Shown here: positions 1-8,290 of the stretch, in pieces
How the letters are laid out: every line of letters starts with the position of its first letter
How positions within the stretch are numbered: the stretch's first letter is position 1
Assembly: GCA_963748825.1 (NCBI GenBank)
Contig: CAVVKN010000022.1
Location: 128,001 to 192,000 of the forward strand
DNA from: Methanotrichaceae archaeon
GTDB taxonomy: Archaea > Halobacteriota > Methanosarcinia > Methanotrichales > Methanotrichaceae
Length of the DNA stretch: 64,000 bases
Direction: 5' to 3'
Notes under the pieces: model-generated
What the model saw: only the letters and a program-made list of their open reading frames with translations
The model's database searches: none
What the model was told of the DNA's origin: nothing
Position numbers and translations under genes: made by a program

Positions 1-330
1 AACGACTGCGCCCAGGAACTCGCCCAGATGCAGGCCCACCTCCATGGCCTCGCAGGAGGTCTCGCTGCCCATGAAGATCAGAGGGCGCTTGGCTCTCACC
101 AGGATCTCCGCCGCCCTCTCAATGGCCTGCTCCCACGGGGCAGGCCGAAATGCCCCATTCTCCCTGAGGAGAGGCTGGCGGATTCTGTGGCTGCTTACGA
201 TCTCCTGGAACTTGGCATTGCCCATCTTGCAGGCATTCCTTACTTCAATGCTATCGCCGGAAAGCTCCACCTGTATGTCGTCGCAGGAGGCCCCGCAGAC
301 CGGACAGACGATGTTCTTAGAGGCTGCCAT
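1..330 (-). CDS. fmdB: Formylmethanofuran dehydrogenase subunit B (FmdB/FwdB), N-terminal part; runs off the window
   Basis: Manual translation from ATG at 330: MAASKNIVCPVCGASCDDIQV...NACKMGNAKF...AAEILVRAKRPLIFMGSETSCEA; CxxCxxxCDD Fe-S motif; follows fmdD. Confidence 0.93.
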   Translation of the reverse strand, partial: MAASKNIVCPVCGASCDDIQVELSGDSIEVRNACKMGNAKFQEIVSSHRIRQPLLRENGAFRPAPWEQAIERAAEILVRAKRPLIFMGSETSCEAMEVGLHLGEFLGAVV

Positions 331-335
331 CTAAC

Positions 336-728
336 TCATCTGCCCCTTGCATAAAGCTTCATGGTGAGATCGCCTGCATCCAATACTTCTTCCAATGTTG
401 GCTGCACCCGCACGGGAGAGCCTTTGTAGAGGGGCGAGCCGGTGGAGAATGTTTCCGGGTCCACCACCACATTGGCCCAAATCGCCCGGGGCATGAAGAT
501 CTGACCCGGCGTTGCAGAGTCCGCCGCATAGGCATAGACCGCTACAGCGTGCCGGCCGTCCATGGTGGATACCAATACCCTTTGCGGCGATCCCAGAGCC
601 TGATAATCCACAGGATTCATCTCGCAAACGGCACATTCCTGGGTGTACTCCTCGGTGAGCTTGCTTCCGCCTTTGGCCAGCCTGCCCTCCTCAATGGTGC
701 TTCCGGTATTAAGCAGAAACTCTATCAT
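336..728 (-). CDS. fmdD: Formylmethanofuran dehydrogenase subunit D (molybdopterin dinucleotide-binding)
   Basis: MIEFLLNTGSTIEEGRLAKGG...GQIFMPRAIWANVVVDPETFSTGSPLYKG; the ORF could start as far up as 776. Confidence 0.9.
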   Translation of the reverse strand: MIEFLLNTGSTIEEGRLAKGGSKLTEEYTQECAVCEMNPVDYQALGSPQRVLVSTMDGRHAVAVYAYAADSATPGQIFMPRAIWANVVVDPETFSTGSPLYKGSPVRVQPTLEEVLDAGDLTMKLYARGR

Positions 729-779
729 ACTCTCTGCCACTCCTGAAAAATCAGCGAAATTGAGCATTGCCTGCATCTT

Positions 780-1574
780 CTAGCCCTCCCTGCAGTAGAG
801 CGAACCTTTGGGATTCTTGCCGAGAGCATAGTCTCCTGTAAACTTGGCATACCATCCCTCTAGCTGCACTTCTCCCAGCTTTGGATTTTCTTCCCGGCCT
901 GCCTCTATAAAACCGGGAGAAAACTGCCTTATCTCTCCGCAGACTGCGATAGTCCCTCCATTCATCTCCGCCCCGGTACCGCGCACAGCAGATCCCATTA
1001 CTGCTATGAGCCCGCCGCTCTGACGAATGCCGCAGAAGTTCTCCACATTGCCGGCGACTACTATCTGCCCTCCGGCCAGTCCTCCTCCCAGCTGGCTTCT
1101 GGCGCTGCCGTCTATCCTTATCTGGCCGCCTGTCATGCCCCGCCAGCTTCCTCGGTAGGCAGAGCCGACGTGATCTCCGGCGCTTCCGGCAATGTGCAGC
1201 AGTCCGCCCTTCATCTCCCTGGCCGCCCAGGAGCCGGCATCGCCCTGCACGAGGATGCTGCCTCCTGCCATCTCTGCACCCAGGTGCATGCCCGCCGAGC
1301 CGTGGACCTCTATCCTGCCCGCCTTCATGCCCTCGCCGATGCGTTTGATCCTGGAGACATCCCCTTCAATGAGGATGCTAGTCTCTTCAGGCGTGCCCAT
1401 CCCGTTCACATCCACATCGAAAAACTCGCTTAAAGGAAGTTGCACAGGTCCCTGCCAGACGAGCAGCCCTTCAATTTCCTCCTTTTTCTTTCCAGCGAAA
1501 ATATCAGGTCTGATGACCTCTGCCTCAACCATGATTGCTATGCTGCCCTTGGATCTGAGAATGATCTCTGCCAT
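780..1574 (-). CDS. fmdC: Formylmethanofuran dehydrogenase subunit C
   Basis: GxGMxGGxIxVxG beta-helix repeats; operon context. Confidence 0.95.
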   Translation of the reverse strand: MAEIILRSKGSIAIMVEAEVIRPDIFAGKKKEEIEGLLVWQGPVQLPLSEFFDVDVNGMGTPEETSILIEGDVSRIKRIGEGMKAGRIEVHGSAGMHLGAEMAGGSILVQGDAGSWAAREMKGGLLHIAGSAGDHVGSAYRGSWRGMTGGQIRIDGSARSQLGGGLAGGQIVVAGNVENFCGIRQSGGLIAVMGSAVRGTGAEMNGGTIAVCGEIRQFSPGFIEAGREENPKLGEVQLEGWYAKFTGDYALGKNPKGSLYCREG

Positions 1575-1578
1575 ACCT

Positions 1579-3369
1579 TCACCTCCTCACCAGGGTCTCT
1601 GCCCCCGGGGGCTTGTTGACCGGGATGGCTACGGGATTTTTCAGATATTTATCCGGCACAGGATAGTTGGCAAAGCCTACGGTGTAGTACTTGAACCAGT
1701 CCTTGACATCAGCGAGCATATCCTTTTCCAGGGCATCGTCAACATAAGGCCGGCAATAGTACCTCCTGCCCTCTGGCACAGCCACGATCTCACCCCGCCT
1801 GGCCACGATCCGGCCATCCTTCACGGTGTAATCCGGCCGGGCCAGCTTAGCTGTCAAGGCCACCGTATCATTCAGATTCAGCTTTCCCGGGTCGATATCG
1901 TAGACTGTCACATCCCCATCAGCTCCCAATCCCAGGTGGCCCTTGCGATAGGCCATGCCGATGGTGCGGGCAGGGTTGGCGCGGGTGACAATGGCTATCT
2001 CGTAGAGACTCATCTCCCGGTCCACGCCGCCAAGGCTTGATTTGTCGTAGGCCCACTTATGGCATTCCTTAGCCGTGTCGTCCCTGGCCTTCTTGGACAT
2101 GAGCCAGGTGATAAGTTGCGGATATTGAGTGAAAATACCGCCGTTGGGGTGATCGGTGGTCATAATTGTCTTCCAGGGATCGTTAATGAGCAGCATTACT
2201 TCAAGGCCTATGGCCCACTGCACGCTGTGCACCGGGCTGCTCTTCATGTAAACCAGCGAGAGAACGCCTGAACCGCATTCCAGTTCCACGTCGCAATTGG
2301 ACCATTTCTGGCCGGTGATCATGTAGAGATCATGCTGCCCCGGGCCGTCGCCGGTCATAGTTGTGGCCGGGCCGAAGGGAACTGAGCCGCTGTCGATCAC
2401 CACGTCGTCAACCTGGTTTATGTACCTGGCCAACTCTGGCGCGCCGGAGCAAAAGTCCCTCCAGGATGTGCCGCCGTAGGCGCTGAACTGGGCGTGGGCT
2501 AAGTAGACGGACTGCTTTCTTCGGGCGCTTTCTTTGGTCTCTGCCCACTGCAGCTCCGACTTGTTCTTAGGCTCGATTCCTGAGGGAATCATGAGCGAGT
2601 CCCTGGCAATCTCCCAGTTGCCGGGATGGCCCAGGTTATTGGTATGCAGATGTAAAGACATGGGCAGGCCCAGCATCTCATTGACCTCTGCCAGGCCACG
2701 GATGAGCTCTCTTGGCGTTACCTCGAAATGAATGTTGGGCTCATCCAGGCCGTGCACGTTTTTGGCCCAGCCCCAGTTCTCCACCCCGGCCGGGTTGACG
2801 CATTTGATGCCGTAGGCCTTGTGTGTCCTCATCATCCAGGCCACGTAGGCGGCTGCCTTCTCGACATCACCCTCTTTCAGGTAACGCATGACAAACCAGT
2901 TATTGCCCAAAACCATGTAAGCGCCCATATCCAGAATGGGAGTGGAGCGCATCTCCTCATGGGTATGGCGGGCTTCCAGGGGAGGCATGGCAGCCTCAAA
3001 GACGGTGGTGTAGCCCATGGCTGCGTAATCATAACCCTGCTTGTAAACGGAAGGGACAGTGTAGCCGCTGCCGCAGTGGGTGATCCCAGTCTTCGCCCGC
3101 ACCGATTTATAGTGATCCTCAGGACGCATGAGCCGGCCAGCGTTGACCTTAGCTCCGGCCACATGGGAGTGGGAGTCCACACCTCCAGGCATGACCGTCT
3201 TTCCGGCTGCATCTATGATCGTGGCATCCCTGATTTCTGGGCCAGTGAGGCTGGAGACCACCTTTCCATCCCTTATGAAAATGTCCTTAATATCCCCGTT
3301 TATTCCATTGAGGGGATCGAATACGTAGCCATTTTTGATAATAGTCGTACTAGAAGTAGTCGCGTTCAT
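1579..3369 (-). CDS. fmdA: Formylmethanofuran dehydrogenase subunit A (amidohydrolase)
   Basis: PGGVDSHSH, HLHTNNLGHPGN and TTDHPNGG motifs. Confidence 0.97.
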   Translation of the reverse strand: MNATTSSTTIIKNGYVFDPLNGINGDIKDIFIRDGKVVSSLTGPEIRDATIIDAAGKTVMPGGVDSHSHVAGAKVNAGRLMRPEDHYKSVRAKTGITHCGSGYTVPSVYKQGYDYAAMGYTTVFEAAMPPLEARHTHEEMRSTPILDMGAYMVLGNNWFVMRYLKEGDVEKAAAYVAWMMRTHKAYGIKCVNPAGVENWGWAKNVHGLDEPNIHFEVTPRELIRGLAEVNEMLGLPMSLHLHTNNLGHPGNWEIARDSLMIPSGIEPKNKSELQWAETKESARRKQSVYLAHAQFSAYGGTSWRDFCSGAPELARYINQVDDVVIDSGSVPFGPATTMTGDGPGQHDLYMITGQKWSNCDVELECGSGVLSLVYMKSSPVHSVQWAIGLEVMLLINDPWKTIMTTDHPNGGIFTQYPQLITWLMSKKARDDTAKECHKWAYDKSSLGGVDREMSLYEIAIVTRANPARTIGMAYRKGHLGLGADGDVTVYDIDPGKLNLNDTVALTAKLARPDYTVKDGRIVARRGEIVAVPEGRRYYCRPYVDDALEKDMLADVKDWFKYYTVGFANYPVPDKYLKNPVAIPVNKPPGAETLVRR

Positions 3370-3370
3370 T

Positions 3371-4399
3371 TTAGGCCACCTCCCTTCGCTCCAGCCATAT
3401 GGCCTGCACCGGGCAGATCATACTGCAGGTGGCGCAGGAGCCGCAGACCTCCTGATTCACAACTCGGACGGTGCCATTCAATACCTCAAGCAGCGGTTTT
3501 TCATCCAGCTCATTGAGGTGCCCGGCGGCCAGATAGGGATCGGAGAGGGCATTGACCGGACAGGCAATGACGCAATTTCCGCAGCCAAGACAGGCATCCT
3601 GGTCAGTCTTGAGAATTGAGGTCAATGTGGGCAGGGGAGCGGGAAGGGTCAGTTTCTTCTCCAGAGCCTTCTTTCCCTTCATCTCCGGGATGATGGCGGT
3701 CTTCTGAACGGTGATGGCTCGTACCGGACAGGCCTCTTCGCAGGCCCCGCAGTAGATGCAGGCATCCTTTCTGTGGGTCACCTTCTCCACGATCTCGCCT
3801 GGCCCCCACTCTCTATTGAAGAGGGCATTGGCGGGGCAAGTGTGAACGCATGTCCGGCAAGCCTGGCAGACGCTGTCGTTTCGGGAAAACTGGCCGGCAA
3901 ATGGCTTTTGGAAGGTTATGGCTCCTGCAGGGCAGACCTGGGCGCACCAGCCGCAATGAACGCACCGGTTCAGGTCGATGACGGTCTTTCCTTCCATCCT
4001 CAAGCTGCCGTCTTCAGACAGGTGCCTGTCCTTTATCTCAATGCAGGACTGCGGGCAGACATCAACACAAAGGCCGCAGTGCACGCATCTCTCGTTTACA
4101 GTCGTAGCCTGCAGGGCCACGCTGAGATAGGATTCGTCCTTCTCAGCCTTGCCCGCCGTCCTGACCTCCAGGGCACCAGTGGGACAGACACGGGCGCATA
4201 GAGCGCACAAGACGCACGTTCCGCTTCTTCTCTTTTCAATAAAATCTTTATCAATCAGCCCGCGAGCCACAGCGCCCACGGAGCCGATGACAAGCTCCCC
4301 CTTGGGGCAGATCTGGACACATGATCCACAGCCGATGCACTTCTCCGGCAGATAGACATGCTGCTTGTCCTCTCTGGATTCCAGCAATACCTCTCTCAT
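3371..4399 (-). CDS. fmdF: Formylmethanofuran dehydrogenase subunit F (polyferredoxin)
   Basis: Eight CxxCxxCxxxCP motifs; likely start MREVLL at 4399 (ORF open to 4462). Confidence 0.9.
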   Translation of the reverse strand: MREVLLESREDKQHVYLPEKCIGCGSCVQICPKGELVIGSVGAVARGLIDKDFIEKRRSGTCVLCALCARVCPTGALEVRTAGKAEKDESYLSVALQATTVNERCVHCGLCVDVCPQSCIEIKDRHLSEDGSLRMEGKTVIDLNRCVHCGWCAQVCPAGAITFQKPFAGQFSRNDSVCQACRTCVHTCPANALFNREWGPGEIVEKVTHRKDACIYCGACEEACPVRAITVQKTAIIPEMKGKKALEKKLTLPAPLPTLTSILKTDQDACLGCGNCVIACPVNALSDPYLAAGHLNELDEKPLLEVLNGTVRVVNQEVCGSCATCSMICPVQAIWLERREVA

Positions 4400-4474
4400 C
4401 CGACACCCTGCCTGAGGGCGAGGCTTTGAAGCAGATGAGATAAAGAGGTTTTGCATGAACACTTATGAATTAGA

Positions 4475-4502
4475 TCATAGTTAACATTTATGCTTACTAT
4501 GA
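4475..4502. promoter_or_regulatory. Candidate operator palindrome upstream of the fmd operon
   Basis: TCATAGT-N14-ACTATGA dyad in the divergent intergenic region. Confidence 0.35.
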
Positions 4503-4555
4503 GCTGAATGATTGATTGAAAAAACTTCTTAAGCGTACAGGCGTATTTCTTTCTC

Positions 4556-5425
4556 ATGTTCTTGCTTGGGGAATACTACGAGGATGAGGCCAGATATATC
4601 GCCGATTGTCTTAAGGAAGTAGGGATGAAGGTGGATATTAGAACCTTCACCGCTAGCCGGCTGGAGGTCTTCCATTACCTGGAGGGCCGCATGAGTGTGC
4701 TGAAAGGGAAACTGGAGGAAACTGATTATGCAAGGTACGAGCGATACCTAAATGCCCTGCGAAAGGTTCTGGCGGCAGGCGCCGGACCAGAGGACTTCGG
4801 CGAGAGGTTTCATCTGGAGCTCGACCCGCAGATAAACGAAAAGAGATCGCAGTTCGCTGAGATATTGAAAGCCGATCTACCCGAGGAAGAGAGAGAAGCG
4901 AAAATGAAGGCCTTTACGGGCATAAGGGCGGATCTGCTGGATGTGTACGATGCCGAGTCCTTCATCGACACAGTTCTGGACCGAAACGACATCGAGGTCG
5001 GTGAAGATGTGGGCAGCAAGCTGGATGATCCTATTCTGCGCGTCATTGATGAGAGGGAAAATCTGGAGGAAGAGAGCGAGCTGGCCAGGACGACCACAGT
5101 CTTCACGGTTGAGCCGAGGGCCCAGGTTTTTGTCGACGAATTCTATGCTGTGCTGGCTGAGGACCTGGATGATGAGTTTGAAGATGAATATGAACGGGAG
5201 TATCTGTGCCTTGTCTTTTTGGGAAAGCTGATCTCCGACCTGAAAGAGCCGTCACCGGGAAAGGTAGACCTGGAAGCTTTCCGGGAGAGATGCGAATTTG
5301 AGATGGAGAAGAACGGAGATCTATTGGAGATAAACGGCAGGATGGCGGCGGCGGAGCTGGCCAGGTCGCTGGAGAAGAACGGGATAATAAAGGTCAAGGG
5401 CGATAGCATCAAGTGGAAGCGGTAA
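4556..5425 (+). CDS. Acidic hypothetical protein
   Basis: 289-aa ORF with host-like codon usage, D/E-rich, no recognised motif. Confidence 0.8.
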   Translation: MFLLGEYYEDEARYIADCLKEVGMKVDIRTFTASRLEVFHYLEGRMSVLKGKLEETDYARYERYLNALRKVLAAGAGPEDFGERFHLELDPQINEKRSQFAEILKADLPEEEREAKMKAFTGIRADLLDVYDAESFIDTVLDRNDIEVGEDVGSKLDDPILRVIDERENLEEESELARTTTVFTVEPRAQVFVDEFYAVLAEDLDDEFEDEYEREYLCLVFLGKLISDLKEPSPGKVDLEAFRERCEFEMEKNGDLLEINGRMAAAELARSLEKNGIIKVKGDSIKWKR

Positions 5426-5476
5426 GGTGAGAGATGGCTTGCGTGGTGCAGGAGTACATTTTCGGAGCTATAACCA

Positions 5477-5499
5477 TTGTGCAGCAGCTTGCTGCACAA
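5477..5499. repeat. Perfect 10-bp hairpin at the edge of the AT-richer segment
   Basis: TTGTGCAGCA-GCT-TGCTGCACAA. Confidence 0.6.
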
Positions 5500-5726
5500 A
5501 TTCCCAGGTTTCATGACTGTGTCTTGCTAGATAAGGTGAGACTTCATGAAGAACGCGTTGATATATCCGCCAGAACATCTCCTGTAGATGCAGCAGAAAT
5601 GTACTTGGTCCGCAAGATTGAGAGCAGCTTGCACGAGAGGCAGGAGCGAGCGCGGGGAGGGGCTCGCACCTCTAGCATGGATGATTGCCGAAACTGTTAT
5701 CTGGGAATTGAGAACTAAAATGAGCG

Positions 5727-7502
5727 ATGAAGTCTGGAGGCGGTACTTTGATTGATCCTTTAATTTCACTTGCATTCAGCGTATATTCTAACAAAGGTGT
5801 CTACGCCCTGCTTTTAGGTTCTGGGGTATCTCGCACCGCAGAGATTCCTACGAGCTGGGAGATCGTTACTGATCTTATCAGAAAGCTTGCAAAAGTCAAC
5901 GGAGAAGATTGCGAACCAGACCCTGCATTGTGGTATGAGGAGAAATATGAAGAGAAGCCAAGCTATTCAAGAATACTGAATGCATTGGCAGATACATCTT
6001 CAGAAAGAAATCAACTTCTCAAAGCATATTTCGAACCAACTGACGAAGAACGTGAGCAAGGGAAAAAGATCCCAACTGAAGCTCATAAAGCAATTGCTCA
6101 GTTAGTGGCAAAAGGATATATTCGCGTGATAATCACGACTAATTTTGATAGGTTGTTGGAAAGATCGTTAGAAGAAATCAGTTTAACACCGACAGTGATA
6201 AGCACACCAGATTCTGCTGAAGGCGCCTTGCCAATAGCACATTCAGCTTGCACAATAGTCAAAGTGCATGGAGATTACTTAGATACTCGGATCAAAAACA
6301 CAACAGAAGAGCTAGCAGAATATGATCCCAGAATCAATGTCATTCTGGACCGAGTTTTTGATGAATATGGTCTCATTATTTGTGGATGGTCTGCAGAATG
6401 GGATGAAGCATTGCGTGCAGCTATCTTGCGAAGCAAGAGCCGGAGATTTTCTACATACTTTACAATTAAGGGACATCTAGGAGAAAAGGCCAATCAATTG
6501 ATACAAGCGAAACAGGCAAAGGCTATAGATATCGAGAGTGCAGATAACCTATTTCAAGAACTCCATGAGAAAGTGCTTTCTTTGGAGGATTATAACAAGT
6601 CCCATCCACTCTCGTCAAAGCTTGCTGTCGCGAGTGAAAAACGCTATATTCTGGATGATCGGTACAAAATTCGTCTGCACGATTTAGTCATGCAGGAAAC
6701 GGAGAAAGCATATTTGGAGCTTAAGACCAAAAAGTTCCCAATCCAGGGTGTTAAATTTAGCCCAGAAGAATTAAAAAAAAGAGTTAAGACATATGAATCA
6801 ATAATCGAAATACTTCAAGCATTGCTCATCACTGGATGTTATTGGGGTTTAGATTCACAAACATACTTGTGGATGCAATCAATGGAGAGGATAGCAAATA
6901 TTGATAAGGACGGAAATGGATTAACAGTTTGGATAAATTTATCTGATTATCCATCGCTGTTGCTGCTATACAGTTGCGGGATAGCGTCAATTGCAGCCAA
7001 AAATTATGATACATTAGCAACTATACTTACAAAGGCAACTGTAAGAGAATATAATGAGACAGTTCCAATGGTTTTATCGATAAAAAGCCCGAAGGTTATG
7101 GAAACGGATGTCGGAAATATTCTATTAGGTGGAGAGCAGAAGTATTATGTTCCTGTTAGCGAACACCTTTTTGCTGTTTTGCGAGATCCTCTACGAGATA
7201 TTTTGCCGGATGATAGGAAATTTGAAAGTTGCTTTGATCGATTTGAATACCTCTTAGCTCTGATACATGCCGATCTAGAGGCAAAACGGAATCGGCGCTT
7301 TTGGGGTCCTATTGGTCGTTTTGGATGGAAGGCAAGCCGTTCAATGGAGCGGACCATCATAAAGGAGATTGAAGATGAGGCAACTGAAGCTAAGGATTCA
7401 TGGCCACCATTATCTGCAGGTCTTTTCGATGGATCTTTCAAGCGCTTTCTTGAAGTAAAAACTGCGTTTGATGAGATTATCGGAAAGCTCAGTTGGTGGT
7501 AA
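5727..7502 (+). CDS. SIR2-like (SIR2_2) domain protein, putative NADase defence effector
   Basis: LLLGSGVSRTAEIPTSW, IITTNFDRLLE, KVHGDY and IICGWS motifs; unassigned ~300-aa C-terminal region; visibly AT-richer than flanks. Confidence 0.85.
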   Translation: MKSGGGTLIDPLISLAFSVYSNKGVYALLLGSGVSRTAEIPTSWEIVTDLIRKLAKVNGEDCEPDPALWYEEKYEEKPSYSRILNALADTSSERNQLLKAYFEPTDEEREQGKKIPTEAHKAIAQLVAKGYIRVIITTNFDRLLERSLEEISLTPTVISTPDSAEGALPIAHSACTIVKVHGDYLDTRIKNTTEELAEYDPRINVILDRVFDEYGLIICGWSAEWDEALRAAILRSKSRRFSTYFTIKGHLGEKANQLIQAKQAKAIDIESADNLFQELHEKVLSLEDYNKSHPLSSKLAVASEKRYILDDRYKIRLHDLVMQETEKAYLELKTKKFPIQGVKFSPEELKKRVKTYESIIEILQALLITGCYWGLDSQTYLWMQSMERIANIDKDGNGLTVWINLSDYPSLLLLYSCGIASIAAKNYDTLATILTKATVREYNETVPMVLSIKSPKVMETDVGNILLGGEQKYYVPVSEHLFAVLRDPLRDILPDDRKFESCFDRFEYLLALIHADLEAKRNRRFWGPIGRFGWKASRSMERTIIKEIEDEATEAKDSWPPLSAGLFDGSFKRFLEVKTAFDEIIGKLSWW

Positions 7503-7562
7503 CGATTTAAGATTAGCCGCGATGCACTTGACATTTGTGGGGTCTTTGCCTGGCATTCAGAT

Positions 7563-7829
7563 TTATCGGCCCTGGATGTATCCCCTCTCCCGACGGAATG
7601 CATTCTGGACCCACACCACTTTATCCTCAACAAAATATTCGAACCTGTGTTCTCCAATTCTCAGACGATAAACGTCATGGGTCTTGCCTTTGAGCTTCTT
7701 GATATCAAGGCCGCTTCTGGAGGTGAAAGGGTCCTCACCCAGTCTCGCAAGTCCTTGCTTTAGCCTATCTTTTTCCCCGCTCTCATCCAGATACTTCTTT
7801 ACTCTGGGATGAACTCGAATGTCCATCAA
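7563..7829 (-). CDS. RelE/ParE-family type II toxin
   Basis: 88 aa, basic; DIKKLKG...YRLRIGEHRFEY. Confidence 0.85.
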   Translation of the reverse strand: MMDIRVHPRVKKYLDESGEKDRLKQGLARLGEDPFTSRSGLDIKKLKGKTHDVYRLRIGEHRFEYFVEDKVVWVQNAFRRERGYIQGR

Positions 7830-8038
7830 GCTTCATCCAGGGGAATGTAATCCACTTTCTCTTTCTGTAGCAACTCCCATCTGGTTTCGATGATCTCTTC
7901 TAGATCCATCTCCTCAACGTATCTCATCAGCCGCTGCAGCAATTCCTCATCAGTTTCGCCGGTTCGGGCCAGAAGCTTGAAGCGGTCCCTAATGCCTTCA
8001 TTGACGTGAATCGTGGCGCCCATGCGGATATACTTCAT
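7826..8038 (-). CDS. Putative antitoxin cognate to the RelE toxin
   Basis: ~70 aa, 4-bp overlap with the toxin gene, N-terminal RHH-like TIHV...RFK, acidic C-terminus ending DYIPLDEA. Confidence 0.75.
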   Translation of the reverse strand: MKYIRMGATIHVNEGIRDRFKLLARTGETDEELLQRLMRYVEEMDLEEIIETRWELLQKEKVDYIPLDEA

Positions 8039-8290
8039 TATTATTATCAGTTAAATGTTTTCATCATTTGCTATTGACGCTCATTTCAATTCCTGGTCGA
8101 AGAAGTCTCTTGATCCTGCTCGGCTCTTTCGGCTGCACTATTCTCTCCTGCGCCGAAGTCGTCAGGACATCTCAGTGGTGCGGCTACGACAAGCGGCTTC
8201 ATGCCGTGCATCATCAGCGACTGCCGTCACAGTTCTGGAGCAGGCCGAACCGCTCTGCAAAGATTGGATGGATGAGGGCCAGCCAGCCCC

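Noticed and set aside
5434-5718. 94-aa ORF upstream of the SIR2 gene as a partner gene
   Set aside because: No recognisable motif and it overlaps hairpins; cannot be supported as a real CDS
8157-8222. Hammerhead ribozyme suggested by CTGATGA
   Set aside because: No GAAA core or properly placed stem III and cleavage triplet
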